The notes under the pieces: generated by a model
Databases searched by the model: none
Told to the model about the DNA's origin: nothing
The model's input: only the letters and a program-made list of their open reading frames with translations
Assembly: GCF_006345805.1 (NCBI RefSeq)
Contig: NC_042997.1
Location: 113,212,001-113,276,000, forward strand
Direction of reading: 5' to 3'
DNA from: Octopus sinensis
Taxonomy: Eukaryota
DNA: 64,000 nt
Position numbers and translations under genes: made by a program
Shown: positions 12,650 to 25,529 of the stretch, piece after piece
How positions within the stretch are numbered: the first letter of the stretch is position 1
Layout: the number at the start of each line of letters is the position of its first letter

Positions 12650-12721
12650 TTTATTTAGTTTTAACACAATTCATTAATATTAATTAGTTGTTAGTTATAT
12701 CACCATTTATAGTCTGGAAAT
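12650..12721 (-). CDS. Candidate terminal exon of the EF-hand gene
   Basis: Acceptor tttacaatgttttag at 12721 gives (R)FPDYKW* in phase 2; an alternative ttccag at 12713 gives (R)L*. AATAAA at 12655-12650 is followed by a U-rich tract. Other acceptors between 12.7 and 22.8 kb cannot be excluded. Confidence 0.25.
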
Positions 12722-13079
12722 CTAAAACATTGTAAAGAAGAGCACAAATATGTAGGTTCTGGATATTATGTTTATATCGTTGAAGGATTCAGATTTTCAA
12801 AGGATAAGTGTATGGCTTTTTGTGCTCTCTTAAATAGGCTGTCTTACAACCAACTTAGAATGTTAGGTGTTTGTAATCCTCTTAGCAGCATCGTGTGTTG
12901 TTTCTATCATTAAGTTGCTTTGTCCTTTAGCTACATATATATCTTGCAGGGTTGGGACATTGCTTAATGTAATTGTTTTGTTACAGTACTGCATGTTTGA
13001 TGTGTATTTTGACAATTGTTGGTGGTGAGTTCAATCGCTGTTGAGTGAGAGAAATTACGTTCCGTGTCAAGAACATAAT

Positions 13080-13088
13080 GATAGATAA

Positions 13089-13185
<97 letters not shown>

Positions 13186-13195
13186 AGAGAGATTA
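13080..13195. repeat. (ATAG)n-(AG)n microsatellite
   Basis: Seen directly in the sequence. Confidence 0.95.
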
Positions 13196-13759
13196 GTGGA
13201 ACATCCAGGTAAAAATGGAGTCTATAGCACTGAATTTGTACTGAACTTAATTATCGTTATAGTAATGACATTTTTTATACAAATTCGTCAGAGAAGAATC
13301 TGCATCAATGATCTTCATGAAACCTACAAGATGAGGGATAATATTTTTACTTAAATATCTGTTGATCAACATCTGTAGCTCAACTTTTGTAGGAAAACCA
13401 TGGGTGACAGCATATTTCACAGCATAGAGAGGAAAGACTGGGAGAAAAATTTAGTTGGGTGAGGGTGTCTAAATGATAAACATAATGAATAGGGGAAAGA
13501 TGGATGCATCCGGTTTTATCACATTTAAGTAGAGTGTGTATACAGCTCGTTAATGCAGAGTATCAGAAAAGTTATCATTGCACTAAAAGACCCAGGTAAG
13601 AAGCAAGACATAACTGAGTTGGAAAATTTGTACAATGATGGTGAACAGGTCCTTACCAAGGGTTAGGGTTGTCAATCTTTGCAGGTGTGTGCTCAGTGAG
13701 CTTTGTGTGTAGAGTGGCAGTAGCAACAGCACTGCCCCAAAATATATAATTCTTGTTCC

Positions 13760-14040
13760 ATCAGCAACCTACTGATGTGGGTAGTTTATTTCACACTCAG
13801 AATCATTGAAGTATGGAATAAACTACTCACATCAGCTGTTAGCTGTTGGGACACTTCATCTTTCAAAACTTCCATGCTTCCTGAAATTCACCCAACAGTT
13901 AACCTGATGACCCTCACCACATCTTTTTTAACAGCTCTCACTTCCTGTGCATATTCTGTGTCCTGTTCATGCACTTTTGGTTACATTTTCTGATGTGCTG
14001 TACTGCACCTGAGCACTGTATACAATAAGTTTATTATTAT
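13760..14040 (+). mobile_element. CR1/L2-type LINE 3' fragment
   Basis: YFTLRIIEVWNKL...VSCWDTSSFK resembles the CR1 ORF2 C-terminal FS.RVVN.WN.LP..V....S...FK motif. Confidence 0.55.
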
Positions 14041-14496
14041 TTTACTTCTCAGAGCTCTCAGTCTTACTTGCTCTGGTTGTTTCTGTGAGAACGGACAACA
14101 ACCTGTCGTCAGAGGTCTCACAGGGTCTCTTTCCACAAATTACAAGCTTTGGTACTTGGATGTTAACTTATGGTGGCAGACACTCAATGTCCAATCACCA
14201 ATCTATAAATCCTAGCTGTCCCCCATAGAGCAGTTTTTTGGGGCCTACTCTGCCCTCATGTCAATTCCAGTTTCTCGAACCTGGTTGTCACTGTTCTGAG
14301 TGCCCCTACAACTACTGGGACAACAGTTACTCTCCTCATTGCCAACATTCTTGCAATTTCATCTTTTACTAGTCTGTATTTTTCCATCTTTTCCAGCTTT
14401 TTGTCATCTATGCATGCATCCAATGTCTATGATCTTGGTTTCCTTGTTCCTTTTATATACCACAACAATGTCTGGTCTCCAAGCATTGATTAGAAC

Positions 14497-14876
14497 TGAG
14501 GTTCTCTAACTTTTGGGCCACTGCTCACCCTCATGGCCACATAAAGCCTTCTGCACCCCCATCCCTATTTTTTTGTATAAATAAATATTTTATATTTTAC
14601 TAATTTATATATACCATGAATCATTTGATATTTAATATAATATTATATAATTTGTATACAATAAAGGCGGTGCTCCAGCATGGCCGCAGTCAAATGACTG
14701 AAACAAGTAAAAGAGTAAGAGTAATACTATAATAAAATATATTCATAAGTGTCCCCTAATCCAATGCCTTTCTTCCAATGCCTTCTTTTTCTCTACCACC
14801 CACTTAGACACTAGTGCCAACCTGAACCCTCTCAATGCCTACCAGGGGGCAGTAGCACCCACTTTGAGAACCTATG
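14497..14876. mobile_element. hAT-like MITE containing a SINE tail fragment
   Basis: Ends GAGGTTCTCTAAC and TTTGAGAACCTATG are imperfect inverted repeats. Confidence 0.45.
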
Positions 14877-15009
14877 GATTAGAGAGTCACAATGGATTGT
14901 AGTTCAGTAAACTATCAGAGCCAATGTATTTAGTGACTCTTGCAAAGTTAGTCTAGTATTCGATGGCTTTGTCCGTGTTATCTGTATGATAGATTGCCAG
15001 GATAGATCG

Positions 15010-15575
15010 TTAGCCACTACACACATTTTTTCTCTCCTTGTTTTTTCTGTGTCCCTTTCTGTAGAAGAACGTAGGGTCGAAACATAAAAGACTTTTTCTA
15101 TTCCTGAGTGTTATACTAATACATCTGTTTGTTTTGTACATCACATGTCGTCTTTTGTTTTTTTTGTAAACTCTCCCCTTATCTGTATGATGTTACATAA
15201 GAGCTTGTGAAGTGCATCTTTTCCAGTGGCTTTGAGGATTTTTCATTGAGTGTTGTTCATATTTAAGGAAGTTTTTACTCAAGATCCTTTCCTTGAACTG
15301 TATAATGTTGTTTGTCTTGAAGGAGAATAGGTTATCAAATCCCGACAGGAATAAACTCACTCATACATAAACACAAATACACACTCACAGGTGAAATTTA
15401 TAGATAAACAAAAGATGAAGACAGGTAGTATGAACAACAAGCAAGTATATTACTTTGACGCTCAGGAAAAATGAAGAAGTCTTTTATGTTTCGAGCCTAT
15501 GCTCTTCAACAGAAAGGAATAAGAAGAAATAAACAGAGGGAGAATGAAAAAAAACATGTAGAGTTCAGTAGTCCG
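15010..15575. mobile_element. Inverted pair of Penelope-type repeats carrying hammerhead-like motifs
   Basis: 15010-15175 (+) and 15390-15575 (-) are homologous; each has CTGTWGA-AGARC-4nt-GSTC-GAAAC. A third copy lies at 19408-19570 (-). Confidence 0.6.
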
Positions 15576-16390
15576 ACATGGTAAATATATATATTCATGG
15601 GTGCGGGGCTCAAAATTCATGAGGTGTCTGAGTTGTGTCCCAAAAATTAAGAGGTGAAAATTCTGGTATGAAATGCATTGTGATGTAAAAACTTAGTGTG
15701 AGCACTTGGAACAGCATTAGATTAAAATAGGCATCTATGTACCATACTTAACATATATACACCCATGAGAGGCATAATGTTGTGGATTGTCATGCATTTG
15801 GCATTCTCAAGAATTACTGCCAGCACAATTTTTCATCTTTCTTTGATATATAGGCACAGGCATGGCTGTATAGTTAGAAGTTTCTTTCCCAACAACATGG
15901 TTCCATGTTCAGTCCCACTGCATAGCACCAAAGGCAAATGTTTTCTGCTATAGCCTTGAACTGATCAAAGTCTTGTAAGTGGATCTGCTTGATGGAAACT
16001 GAAAGAAGCCAATCATATATTTGTGTGTGTATATATATATATATATATTATCATTATCATCATCATCATCATCATCATCGTTTAACATCCGCTTTCCATG
16101 GTGGCATGGGTTGGACGGTTTCACTAAGATCTGGAAAGCCAGCAGCTGCACCAGGCTCCAGTCTGATCTGGCAAGGTTTCTACAGCTGGATGCCTTTCCT
16201 AACGCCAACCACTCCAAGCGTGTAGTTGGTAATTTTTATGTGCCACCGGCACAGGAGCCAGTTGGGGTGCACTGGCATTGACCACGTTATTATATATCAT
16301 CATCATTGATGATGTTATTATATTTATATAGTTATATAAATGGGAAAATATTCAAAATGAATAATCATAAAGATATTATTATTATTATTA

Positions 16391-16429
<39 letters not shown>

Positions 16430-17120
16430 CAGTAACAGCTAATCTAAATAACTGATAATAACAATAACATTTATACTAATCCCACAAGCTTTTTGCAGTA
16501 TCAGTGAATGTATTGTTCGCTGTTTCCTATATATTCGAAGGGATACATTTTGTCAAAGCATGTGACTAGTAAGTTCCTATCAGTGCCAAGGCCCAGGAAA
16601 GCTGAAATACATCTGACATTCTCATGAATTACTGTTGTGACAATTTTTCATCTCACTCCAATATATCTTGTGTTGTCAGTTACAAAGAGTTTCTGAAGAG
16701 AGTGGTATCTCAGATGAAAACTACATCATGCCTCTTAATGGTGTATATACATTTAGTACATAGACGCATAGATGTATGTATGCATGTATACATATATGTA
16801 TTTCTGTATGCGTATAAGTATTTACGCATGAGTATGTATGTGTGTGTATGAGTATCTATGTATAAGTATGTTTGTGTATATAGCAGTGCTCACGCAGCCA
16901 CTCACCTGAAGATGTGTGAGTACACAACTATTGGTGTATCATATTTATATGATAAGTGCAATATGGAAAACTCAGCAATTAACAGCATTTACAAATGCAC
17001 AGAAACAACTGTTGGGATTTGTGACTAAAGCTTGTTCATTCCATCTTGTATTATAAATTTATATACATACATACATATATATATATATATATTTATATAT
17101 ACATATATATATCTGTAAAT

Positions 17121-17300
17121 GTAATATGTGAGAATTATTCAGTAGCCATGATAAAACTCTGAGTTTCGGATGCCGGGGTGGATATTCACACCACCATGTC
17201 TTCATGGCCAAATAACTGAAGAGATGGCGGTGTAGATTTCCACCCTGGTATCCGAAACTCGAAGTTTTATCATAGCTACCAAATAATTGTCACATATTAC
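17121..17300. mobile_element. 180 bp palindromic element made of two inverted hammerhead-like units
   Basis: Arms GTAATATGTGAGAATTATT and AATAATTGTCACATATTAC; CTGAAGA...CCGAAAC at 17216-17258 (+), with a decayed mirror copy on the minus strand. Confidence 0.65.
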
Positions 17301-17375
17301 ATTTACAGATAAATTCCTTTATTTACATAATATCGAGGTCTCTTTCATTCTTTTGTTGTCTTACATTTATCAATA

Positions 17376-17454
<79 letters not shown>

Positions 17455-18012
17455 AGCAAGTGTACCAGAGTGTATAATCTTGCTTGGTATTTGTCATATG
17501 AAGCACTTCTACAGATACCAACTATCTTAAAATGGAAAAGTGGGAAAAGGTTTTTTTCATGCTATGGCTCCAATTACCTGGAAAATCCACCAAATATCCA
17601 TAGAGTATGAATAATAATAAATACCTAAGAATGGAGTTGACAAATCAGTTTGATACATCGTTTACAATTGCTTCATCACTTTCAGTTGTAACATTAATGT
17701 TGCATCATGTAACTATATTAGCGACTGTTGGCTTACTTCCATGTGCTACATAGGATTTCTTCTACAGTAAATATTGAAATGATTCTTCAGAACTTCGGGA
17801 AAAACAATTTGATGATTGATTCTGCTGTCTTGCTGATAAATACTTTCCTACAAATTCGAATTGTGTGAGTGTGCGTATGTGCATGTGTGTGAATCTAAGT
17901 AATCACATTTATGCATCAGAAACATATATATATATCATCATCACCATCATCATCATCATCGTTTAACATCTGCTTTCTATGCTAGCATGGGTTGGACGAT
18001 GGGTTGGACTGG

Positions 18013-18050
<38 letters not shown>

Positions 18051-19365
18051 AAGATGAACGTCTGTGTGTCTATCTGTTTATTGAAGAAAAGGCTAGAGCA
18101 TCTACATAAAAACTAAAAGTAAATTCGTATGTAAAATCTTCTGAGAAAGGCAATGGAAGTGGTTCTGAGTTTGTAGGTTCTCCTCTAAAGGAGCTACAGA
18201 CCTTTTTCAAAAATATTGCATATAGCACAGTCCCCACTAAAAAAAAAAAAAAAAAATGACCGATCTAAGGGAGATAACTAAATGAAAGTTCTGAGCAAAC
18301 TAAAAACGGAAAATTATTCGGGATTTATTTTTCACGTTTTACGATGTTTGATCTTCAATTGTCTCTTTCATTATTCTATGTGTAAGAAGTATGCTACTCA
18401 CTGAGATAGGTTGTTACTATATATTCCTTCTAAATTTGTGTGTGCACTTCAATATCATTATTGTATCATTTTTATTCGTTTTATATTTATATCTTTGAGC
18501 TACCAGGCTATTCGTCTAAGAAAAGCTATTTGTATTTTTGTTAGTTGTAATACTCAAGTTCAAAAAATTATAGTTCATATGTTTTCTCCTAACTTTTATT
18601 TAGTTACCTTGTACTACACATAAGCCAAAGTCTATGGAGTGTTTGCTTCATTTACAGACTAGAGATCATAGACAGAACTTTATATGCAACCATGATGATA
18701 TTGGCCAGAAGAAAACTGCTCTATTGTCTACATGAAAGTTAACAGTCATTTCTTATATATGTTTAATACAATCAAAGTGAATAACTTTCAATATTCATAG
18801 TGCAATTTTGGCAACCTATTTCAACCCAGTCAATGACGGCTGTTTCTGCTAGTACACACACACACACACATACAGACACATACTCACACACATGTAATCA
18901 CATGCAAAATACTAGAGAAACCAGTTCCTTACATTTATGGGGGCAAATGTTGCAAGCTGTGCATAGCAGAACTGGTGAGGATATTAAAGAACTCCCTCGA
19001 TGAAGTGAACATCTTAAATTGCAGGATGCAAGTCTTTAGACCTTCTTTATGCTTTAGGCAATTCCTACTGAAATCCTGGGACCCACAAGCTGATTCTGAA
19101 TAGGGGTCTATGAGAGACAATCCCTTGTGCTTGGCCTTCTTTGTCTCAGTGTTTGAAAACTAGTCACATGGCCTTTTCTCCCTCCCATTTGAAGAGAGAT
19201 TATAGACCACTGGCCACTAGGGTCTGACAAGATGTTTGTAAAGCTAGCACTTTATGGATGCAAATCCCTGGGTAACCCTGTGAACCGGCCATAACTATCT
19301 TTATCTAAATACTCCACTGCTCTATAACCTAGAGTGGGCTTCTCTTTCAATATATGTGTGTGATC

Positions 19366-19411
<46 letters not shown>

Positions 19412-19654
19412 AGAGTTTACGAAAAAAACAAAAGACGAAGACAGGTGGTGTACAAAACAAACAGATGTATTAGTATAACGTTCAGGAATAGAAAAAGTCT
19501 TTTACGTTTCGAGCCTACGCTCTTCTAAAGAAAGGTACACAGGAAAAACAAGGAGAGAAAAAAAAAGTGCATCAGCATGGCCGCAGCTCTGAGCTGAAAC
19601 TAGGAAAAAAAAAAAAAAAAAATATCTGTGTGTGTGTGTGTTGTTTGCATGTAG

Positions 19655-20050
19655 GAGGGGCTGTGAGGTAAGAAGCTTGCTTCGCAACCACATGGTTCTG
19701 GTTTCAGTCCTACTGTGTGGCACCTCGGGCAAGTGTCTTCTACTGTAGCCTCAGGCCGATCAAAGCCTTGTAAGTGGATTTGGTAGATGGAAACTGAAAG
19801 AAGCCTGTCGTATATATGTATGTATATGTGCATGTGTGTATTTGTGTGTCTGTTTCCCCCCCTCCACCATTGCTTGACAACTGATGTTTGTGTGTTTATG
19901 TCCCTGTAACTTAGCAGTTCAGCAAAAGAGAATGATAGAATAAGTACTAGGCTTGCAAAGAATAAGTCCTGGGGTCAGTTTGTTCGACTAAAGGTGGTGC
20001 TCCAGCATGGCCATAGTCAAATGACTGAAACCAGTAAAAGACTAAAAGGA
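19655..20050 (+). mobile_element. tRNA-derived SINE, family A (full length)
   Basis: Matches the family A head, body and tail. Confidence 0.85.
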
Positions 20051-20216
20051 TGTAGTGTGTATATATGCGTGTGTATGTGTGCATGTGAATATAGTTATAA
20101 GTGTTTATATGTAGATCTGTATATGCAAATACTTGTATATTTCTAAATATTCAAGTTTGCAAATGAAATGCTGAATAAATATATATCTGTGTGTGTGTTT
20201 CATGATACATATTATA

Positions 20217-20783
20217 CAGGGTGTTCAAAAAGTCTCTCCGCAGTGATATTTTTTGAAGACACCATCAACAGACAGATATTGCTCAAACATTGTCTATCCA
20301 TTTGTAATCCAACTCACTGAAAGTGAAATTAGTAATTGCATACTTTCAGCAAGATGGAACTACAGCACATACTTTGCACATCACCATGGCACTACTTCAA
20401 GAGTTTTTCGGTGAACGGATTATTTTGAAAGGACTTTGGCCACCAAGATCCCCTGATTTAACACCACCAGACTCTTTTTCCTGAGGAGCAAGTAAAGGAT
20501 CAGTGTACAAGAATCACCCGAAAACCATTAATGAGCTAAAAGACACAATTATAACCTTCACATGGTCCATACTGCATCAGACTCTCCAAGATGTATTTCA
20601 AAACATGTGTAGAAGAGTCAACTTATGTATTGGGAATGAAGGACAACACTTTCAACACCTCTTATAAAGTTTCTTAAAGTCTTGTAGAGTCTAATATATT
20701 CTTTTGTAGTCTTCTTATATCATCTTATAAATATTTGCTTTGCAATAAAACACTTACTGCAGAGAGACTTTTTGAACACTTTG
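20217..20783 (+). mobile_element. Internally deleted mariner/maT-like (DD37D-type) element
   Basis: TA-flanked terminal repeats CAGGGTGTTCAAAAAGTCTCTC and GAGAGACTTTTTGAACACTTTG; residual EFFGERIILKGLWPPRSPDLTPPD. Confidence 0.85.
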
Positions 20784-20939
20784 TATTTGTTTTTTTACAA
20801 AATCTGTGTGTAAATGCAAACGTATTATCAAATGTGTATGAGAGTGTAAGTTAGCTAGCAGTGAAGTGTGTGTGTGTGTAGGTGGGAAGTATGTGCGAAT
20901 GTATCTATGTAATAATCATGATTTTTTTTTTCTGTAAAA

Positions 20940-21285
20940 AAAGCAGGGTTAAGAGCCTCTTTGGTCATGAATGACTAAGGGATTGCAACTAGAAAGTTCC
21001 ATTCTGATGCACAAGTCCAGGCAAGGTTGTTTTATGGAAGACCAGCAGTCGCCCATGCATTACCAGCCTCCTCCTCTCCATGCCACCGATGTTTTCCAAG
21101 GGAAATGCCAAGGGCAATACAATTTGGCACCAGGGACATCACAACTCATTTCTACAGCTGAGTGAACTGGAGGAATGCGAAATAAAGTGTCTGGCTTAAG
21201 AACACAACACACATCCCAGTCTAGGAATTGAACTCACTATTTTATGATTGTGAGCCCAACACTCTAACCACTGAGCCATGTGGCT
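20940..21285 (-). mobile_element. tRNA-derived SINE, family D (diverged)
   Basis: Reverse-complement homolog of 21705-22035 and 37875-38210. Confidence 0.7.
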
Positions 21286-21635
21286 TAATTTTTTTCTGTA
21301 TGCATGTATAAAAAGTATATATATGTGTAAATAAACATGGGCAATTGACTTATAACACGTTACTAAGTTCAATGAAAATGTATCATTCAATGTTAGACAG
21401 GAAGTCTAAGGCTAAGGCAACAGACTGGAATAACTGCCAACCAAGAACTAAACTATCAAGGCCAAGTGATCTTAACAATTTGTTTATTGTAGGCACAGGA
21501 GTGGCTGTGTGGTAAGTAGCTTGCTTACCAACCACATGGTTCCGGGTGCAGTCTCACTACATGGCACCTTGGGCAAGTGTCTTCTACTATAGCTTCAGGC
21601 TGACTTGGTAGACGGAAACTGAAAGAAGCACATCG

Positions 21636-21672
<37 letters not shown>

Positions 21673-21704
21673 ATATATATATATGTGTGTGTGTATGTGT
21701 GAAG

Positions 21705-22035
21705 GCGAATGGCTCAGTGGTTAGAGCGTTGAGCTTACAATCGTCAGGTTGTGAGCTTGAATCCCTGACTGGGCTGCGTGTCATGTTCTTGAGCAAAACA
21801 CTTTATTTCACGTTGCTCCAGCTCACTCAGCTGTAGAAATGAGTTGCGACATCACAGGTGCCAAGCTGTATTGGCCTTTGCCTCTCTCTTGGATAACACT
21901 GGTGGTATCGAGAGGGGAGGTTGGTATGCATAGCCGACTGCTGGTCTTCCATGAACAACCTTGCCTGGACTTGTGCCTGAGAGGGTAACTTCCTAGGTGC
22001 AATCCCTGGTCAATCATGACCGAAGGGGATGGTCT
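21705..22035 (+). mobile_element. tRNA-derived SINE, family D, nested in a family A SINE
   Basis: Head GGCGAATGGCTCAGTGGTTAGAGCG; the family A 5' half is at 21492-21640 and its 3' half at 22040-22262. Confidence 0.8.
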
Positions 22036-22870
22036 CCAATATATATGTGTTTGTGTGTCTGTGTTTGTCCCCCCCAACATCGCTTGACACGCAATGCTGT
22101 TGGGTTTAAATCCCCATAACTTAGCAGTTCAGCAAAAAGAGATCGATAGAATAAGTACTGGGCTTACAAAGAATAGGTCCTGGGGTCGATTTGCTCGACT
22201 AAAAGGTGGTGCTCCAGCATGGCTGCAGTCAAATGACTGAAACAAGTAAAAGAATAAAAGAAAAGTAGTTGGAATAGCTGCATTTTCTTTTATAATGACA
22301 ACCAAAATTCACATCACAGAATGGAGCTAATTATCTTGTCAGATTTCATTAATTCCTCCTTCATCCCTTTAATTCCCCATTTTCCTTTGCTTGTCTTGCA
22401 TAAATGTGGTTACTTCGACACATTGAATTTGGAATTATAAGACTCTGTTTATCTGCGAGATAGCAGGATCAATCAGTATTTATTTTTTTTATGAAGTTCT
22501 GGAGAATCATCTCAGCCATGAGATTTACAAGCACATGGAAATAAATCAGTAGTTGCCTTCATGGTTACAACATATTGCCATGATGCTTACAATGGAAAAT
22601 GATGAAACAGTTGTAAATGATGGATTAAAATGATCTGCCAACTCCATCCTTCAACATTTGTTATTATATGTGTGTGTGTTTATGCTTATTCAAGCTTATA
22701 TCTGTAGTACGTATGTGTGTAAAGGTATGCGTATAATCAGAGAGTAACAGGCAAAAACTTTATTGAATTTACAGGTATGTAACAGTCATCATCATCATCA
22801 TTATCATTGTCATTATTATTTTGTTGTTAATCCACAATAAGATTTAGGAGGATTGTCTATCAGGACATAC

Positions 22871-22916
22871 CTCGTAAATTCATCCAGGAATTCGCATTCT
22901 AAAATTACTTTGTCTC
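22871..22916 (-). CDS. EF-hand protein exon 5 (second half of EF4)
   Basis: Acceptor ttctgttcttatctgtttgcag, donor AG|gtatgt, 46 bp, phase 1 to 2; reads (R)DKVILECEFLDEFT and completes loop DADRDKVILECE. Confidence 0.85.
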
Positions 22917-23339
22917 CTGCAAACAGATAAGAACAGAATAAACTACAATGAAAATATAGTCTTCTTTCACTGCAGCAGCAGCAGCAGCAGTAGTAGTAGT
23001 TGTAGTAGTAGTAGTAGGAGGAGGAGGAGGAGGAGACATACCAGTCATAGTAGTGGTAGTCATAGTAGTAGCAATGGTAGTTGCTGTTACATAACTGCAG
23101 GTCGATTATAATTAGACAAACCTTACAGTCTTTTTATGTGACACCGGCACAGGTGCCAGTCAGGTGGCACGGGCATCAGCCATGACTATGATGTCACTCA
23201 GCTTGACGGGTCTTCACAAGCACAGTATATCCACCCAACATTTGAAGTGTGCTTTTTACATGCCAGTTACGAGACACTGTTATTGGCTGTGACTACAGTC
23301 TCACTTGGCTACATCTATACATCCTTCGTAAAGCATATA

Positions 23340-23894
23340 CAGGGTGGACCAAAATGATCTGACACATTTGGAGGTTTAATAAAAGCACAGAATAAGAAAT
23401 AATGAAAAGAAAAATTTTATTTTCTGAATGTACATATAATGCCATTTTATTTCATTAGGTTTTAAAAATTAAATCAGCTAAATGCTTCCCATCATTGTCA
23501 ACACACTGTTGGAGACGTTCATGAAAGCTATCGATAACTCTATGGATCATTTCTTCTGGAATGGTTGCTATTTCTACACAAATTGCACGTTTTAATTCAT
23601 CAATAGATTGAGGGCGATGACTGAATACTTTTGATTTTAAATATCTCCACAGGAAGAAATCACATTTCACCATTCCAGAAGAAATGATGTATAGAGTTAT
23701 CGATAACTTTCATGAACGTCTCCAACAGTGTGTTGACAATGATGGGAAGCATTTAGCTGATTTAATTTTTAAAACTTAATGAAATAAAATGGCATTATAT
23801 GTACATTCAGAAAATACAAATTTTCTTTTCATTATTTCTTATTTTGTGCTTTTATTAAGCCTCCAAATGTGTCAGATCATTTTGGTCCACCCTG
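23340..23894. mobile_element. Palindromic mariner-derived element (inverted duplication of the transposon 3' end)
   Basis: TA|CAGGGTGGACCAAAATGATCTGACAC ... GTGTCAGATCATTTTGGTCCACCCTG|TA; both arms carry the transposase C-terminus (CDFFLW.YLKSKV...IHRVIDSFHERLQQCVDNDGKHLADLIFKT). Confidence 0.9.
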
Positions 23895-24554
23895 TATATG
23901 TATGTGTATACTGTTCTGTCTTGGGAGGATCATTACGCCAATGCATTACTTCAGTTGGTTAAATATCTCATCAAATAATTGATTGTTTATTTAATGAGCT
24001 GGTTAATTGGTTGTTTGTTAATTGAAGTTCTTTTGTTAGATATTTAACCAGTTGACTTACAATAAAGAAGTGATATTGAACTGGTGCATGTGTTATCCTT
24101 ATTGGCATAATGACCCTCTGAAGACAACAAGGCTGGTTTCAACACATGAATTCACATCAAGGATCTTGCAAACCAAATACAAAGATGAAGTACACGTGCA
24201 CACACACACACACACTGATTCCAGAGAAATGTGTTGTTACTGGCAGGCCATTTCACATTGGCCTCTGATGACAATATTTTTGTCTCCGAATGCAAGGATT
24301 ATTTTTTTTTTCTTCAATTTCAAAAGGGGAATCTTTCCCGAAATGTAGAACTGTTAAACAACATATGTAAGATATCACAATATCTTTTCTCTTGGCGTTC
24401 ATTCACTGATATCATATTAACATATTTTGCTCAACTCCTCACCAGCATTACTCAAAGGTTTTTGCAAACTTCTCATTTTCCCAGACACACACACACACAC
24501 ATATATCTATATATGCATACAAAATGTATATGTGTGTGTATATATATCTCGTGA

Positions 24555-24865
24555 CCACGTGATCACGTGACCGACCAGGCTATCAGATGTAGTTACACAT
24601 CGCTGGTCACAATGCGCTTCACATTGTTTTAGCCTTCAAATGATGCCACCCCGCTGGCTAAGCGGGCAGGCTAACAGAAGAAAGAATGAGAGAAAGTTGT
24701 GGCGAAAGAGTACAGCAAGGATCGCCACCACCCATTGCCGGAGCCGCATGGAGCTTTAGGTGTTTTAGCTCAATAAACACTCACAACGCCCGGTCTGGGA
24801 ATCGAAACCGTGATCCTACGACCGCGAGTTCACTGCCCTAACCACTGAGTCATTGCGCCTCCACG
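24555..24865 (-). mobile_element. tRNA-derived SINE, family C-related
   Basis: Minus-strand head GGCGCAATGACTCAGTGGTTAGGGCAGTGAACTCGCGGTCGTAGGATCACGGTTTCGATTCCCAGACC. Confidence 0.8.
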
Positions 24866-25529
24866 TATATATATATATATATATCCTCATCATCATCATC
24901 ATATAATGTCCATGTTCCATGCTGGTATTGGTTGGATGGTTCGACAAGGATCCATTGAGTCCAAGGACTCCATTGTCTGCTTTGGCATGGTTTCTACAGC
25001 TGGATTCCTTTCCTAGTGCCAACCACTTTACAGAGTGTATTGGGTGCTTTTTATGTGGAACCAGTACCAGTGCTTTATATGTTTCACCAGCATGAAGAAG
25101 AATGAAGAAATTCTTCCATAAAACAAATTGCAGCTTTGGCAAAACACCAGGACATTAGATCAGTTTCTTTCACCTTGCAGATCAACTTCTGTGTCTGCCA
25201 GCTACTGGACCCACAAAATCTGCAATGGAGTGGACGGAGGGAGAAGGAAAACATGAAAAGGGTCAGCTCAAGAACACTTGGAACCAGACATTCCAGAAAG
25301 ACCTCAAATACACAAGAACTTGTTGGATAGAAATAGAAAGAAATGGAACCAATTGACTTTTCTGGAGACACTAATTCTAAGAACGATCTGATAATGCCTC
25401 TTAGTTATATCTTGTAAATTCAGTGCAAACTTAATAAATGGTTATAATTTTAGAAATATTGAATTTCTAAATGCCTCAAAGAGACATGAGCGGTGGTGGA
25501 GTGATAGAGTGGTTGTATACTGTCAACAT

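Noticed and set aside
17760-17850. Minus-strand exon-like block KVFISKTAESIIKLFFPKF*
   Set aside because: Wrong phase for exon 5, and the sequence is a repeat homologous to 22440-22520.
20916-20931. Alternative terminal exon giving ...TRKKKS*
   Set aside because: The acceptor is plausible but I found no nearby downstream AATAAA, and it runs into a mariner relic; kept only as a weaker alternative.
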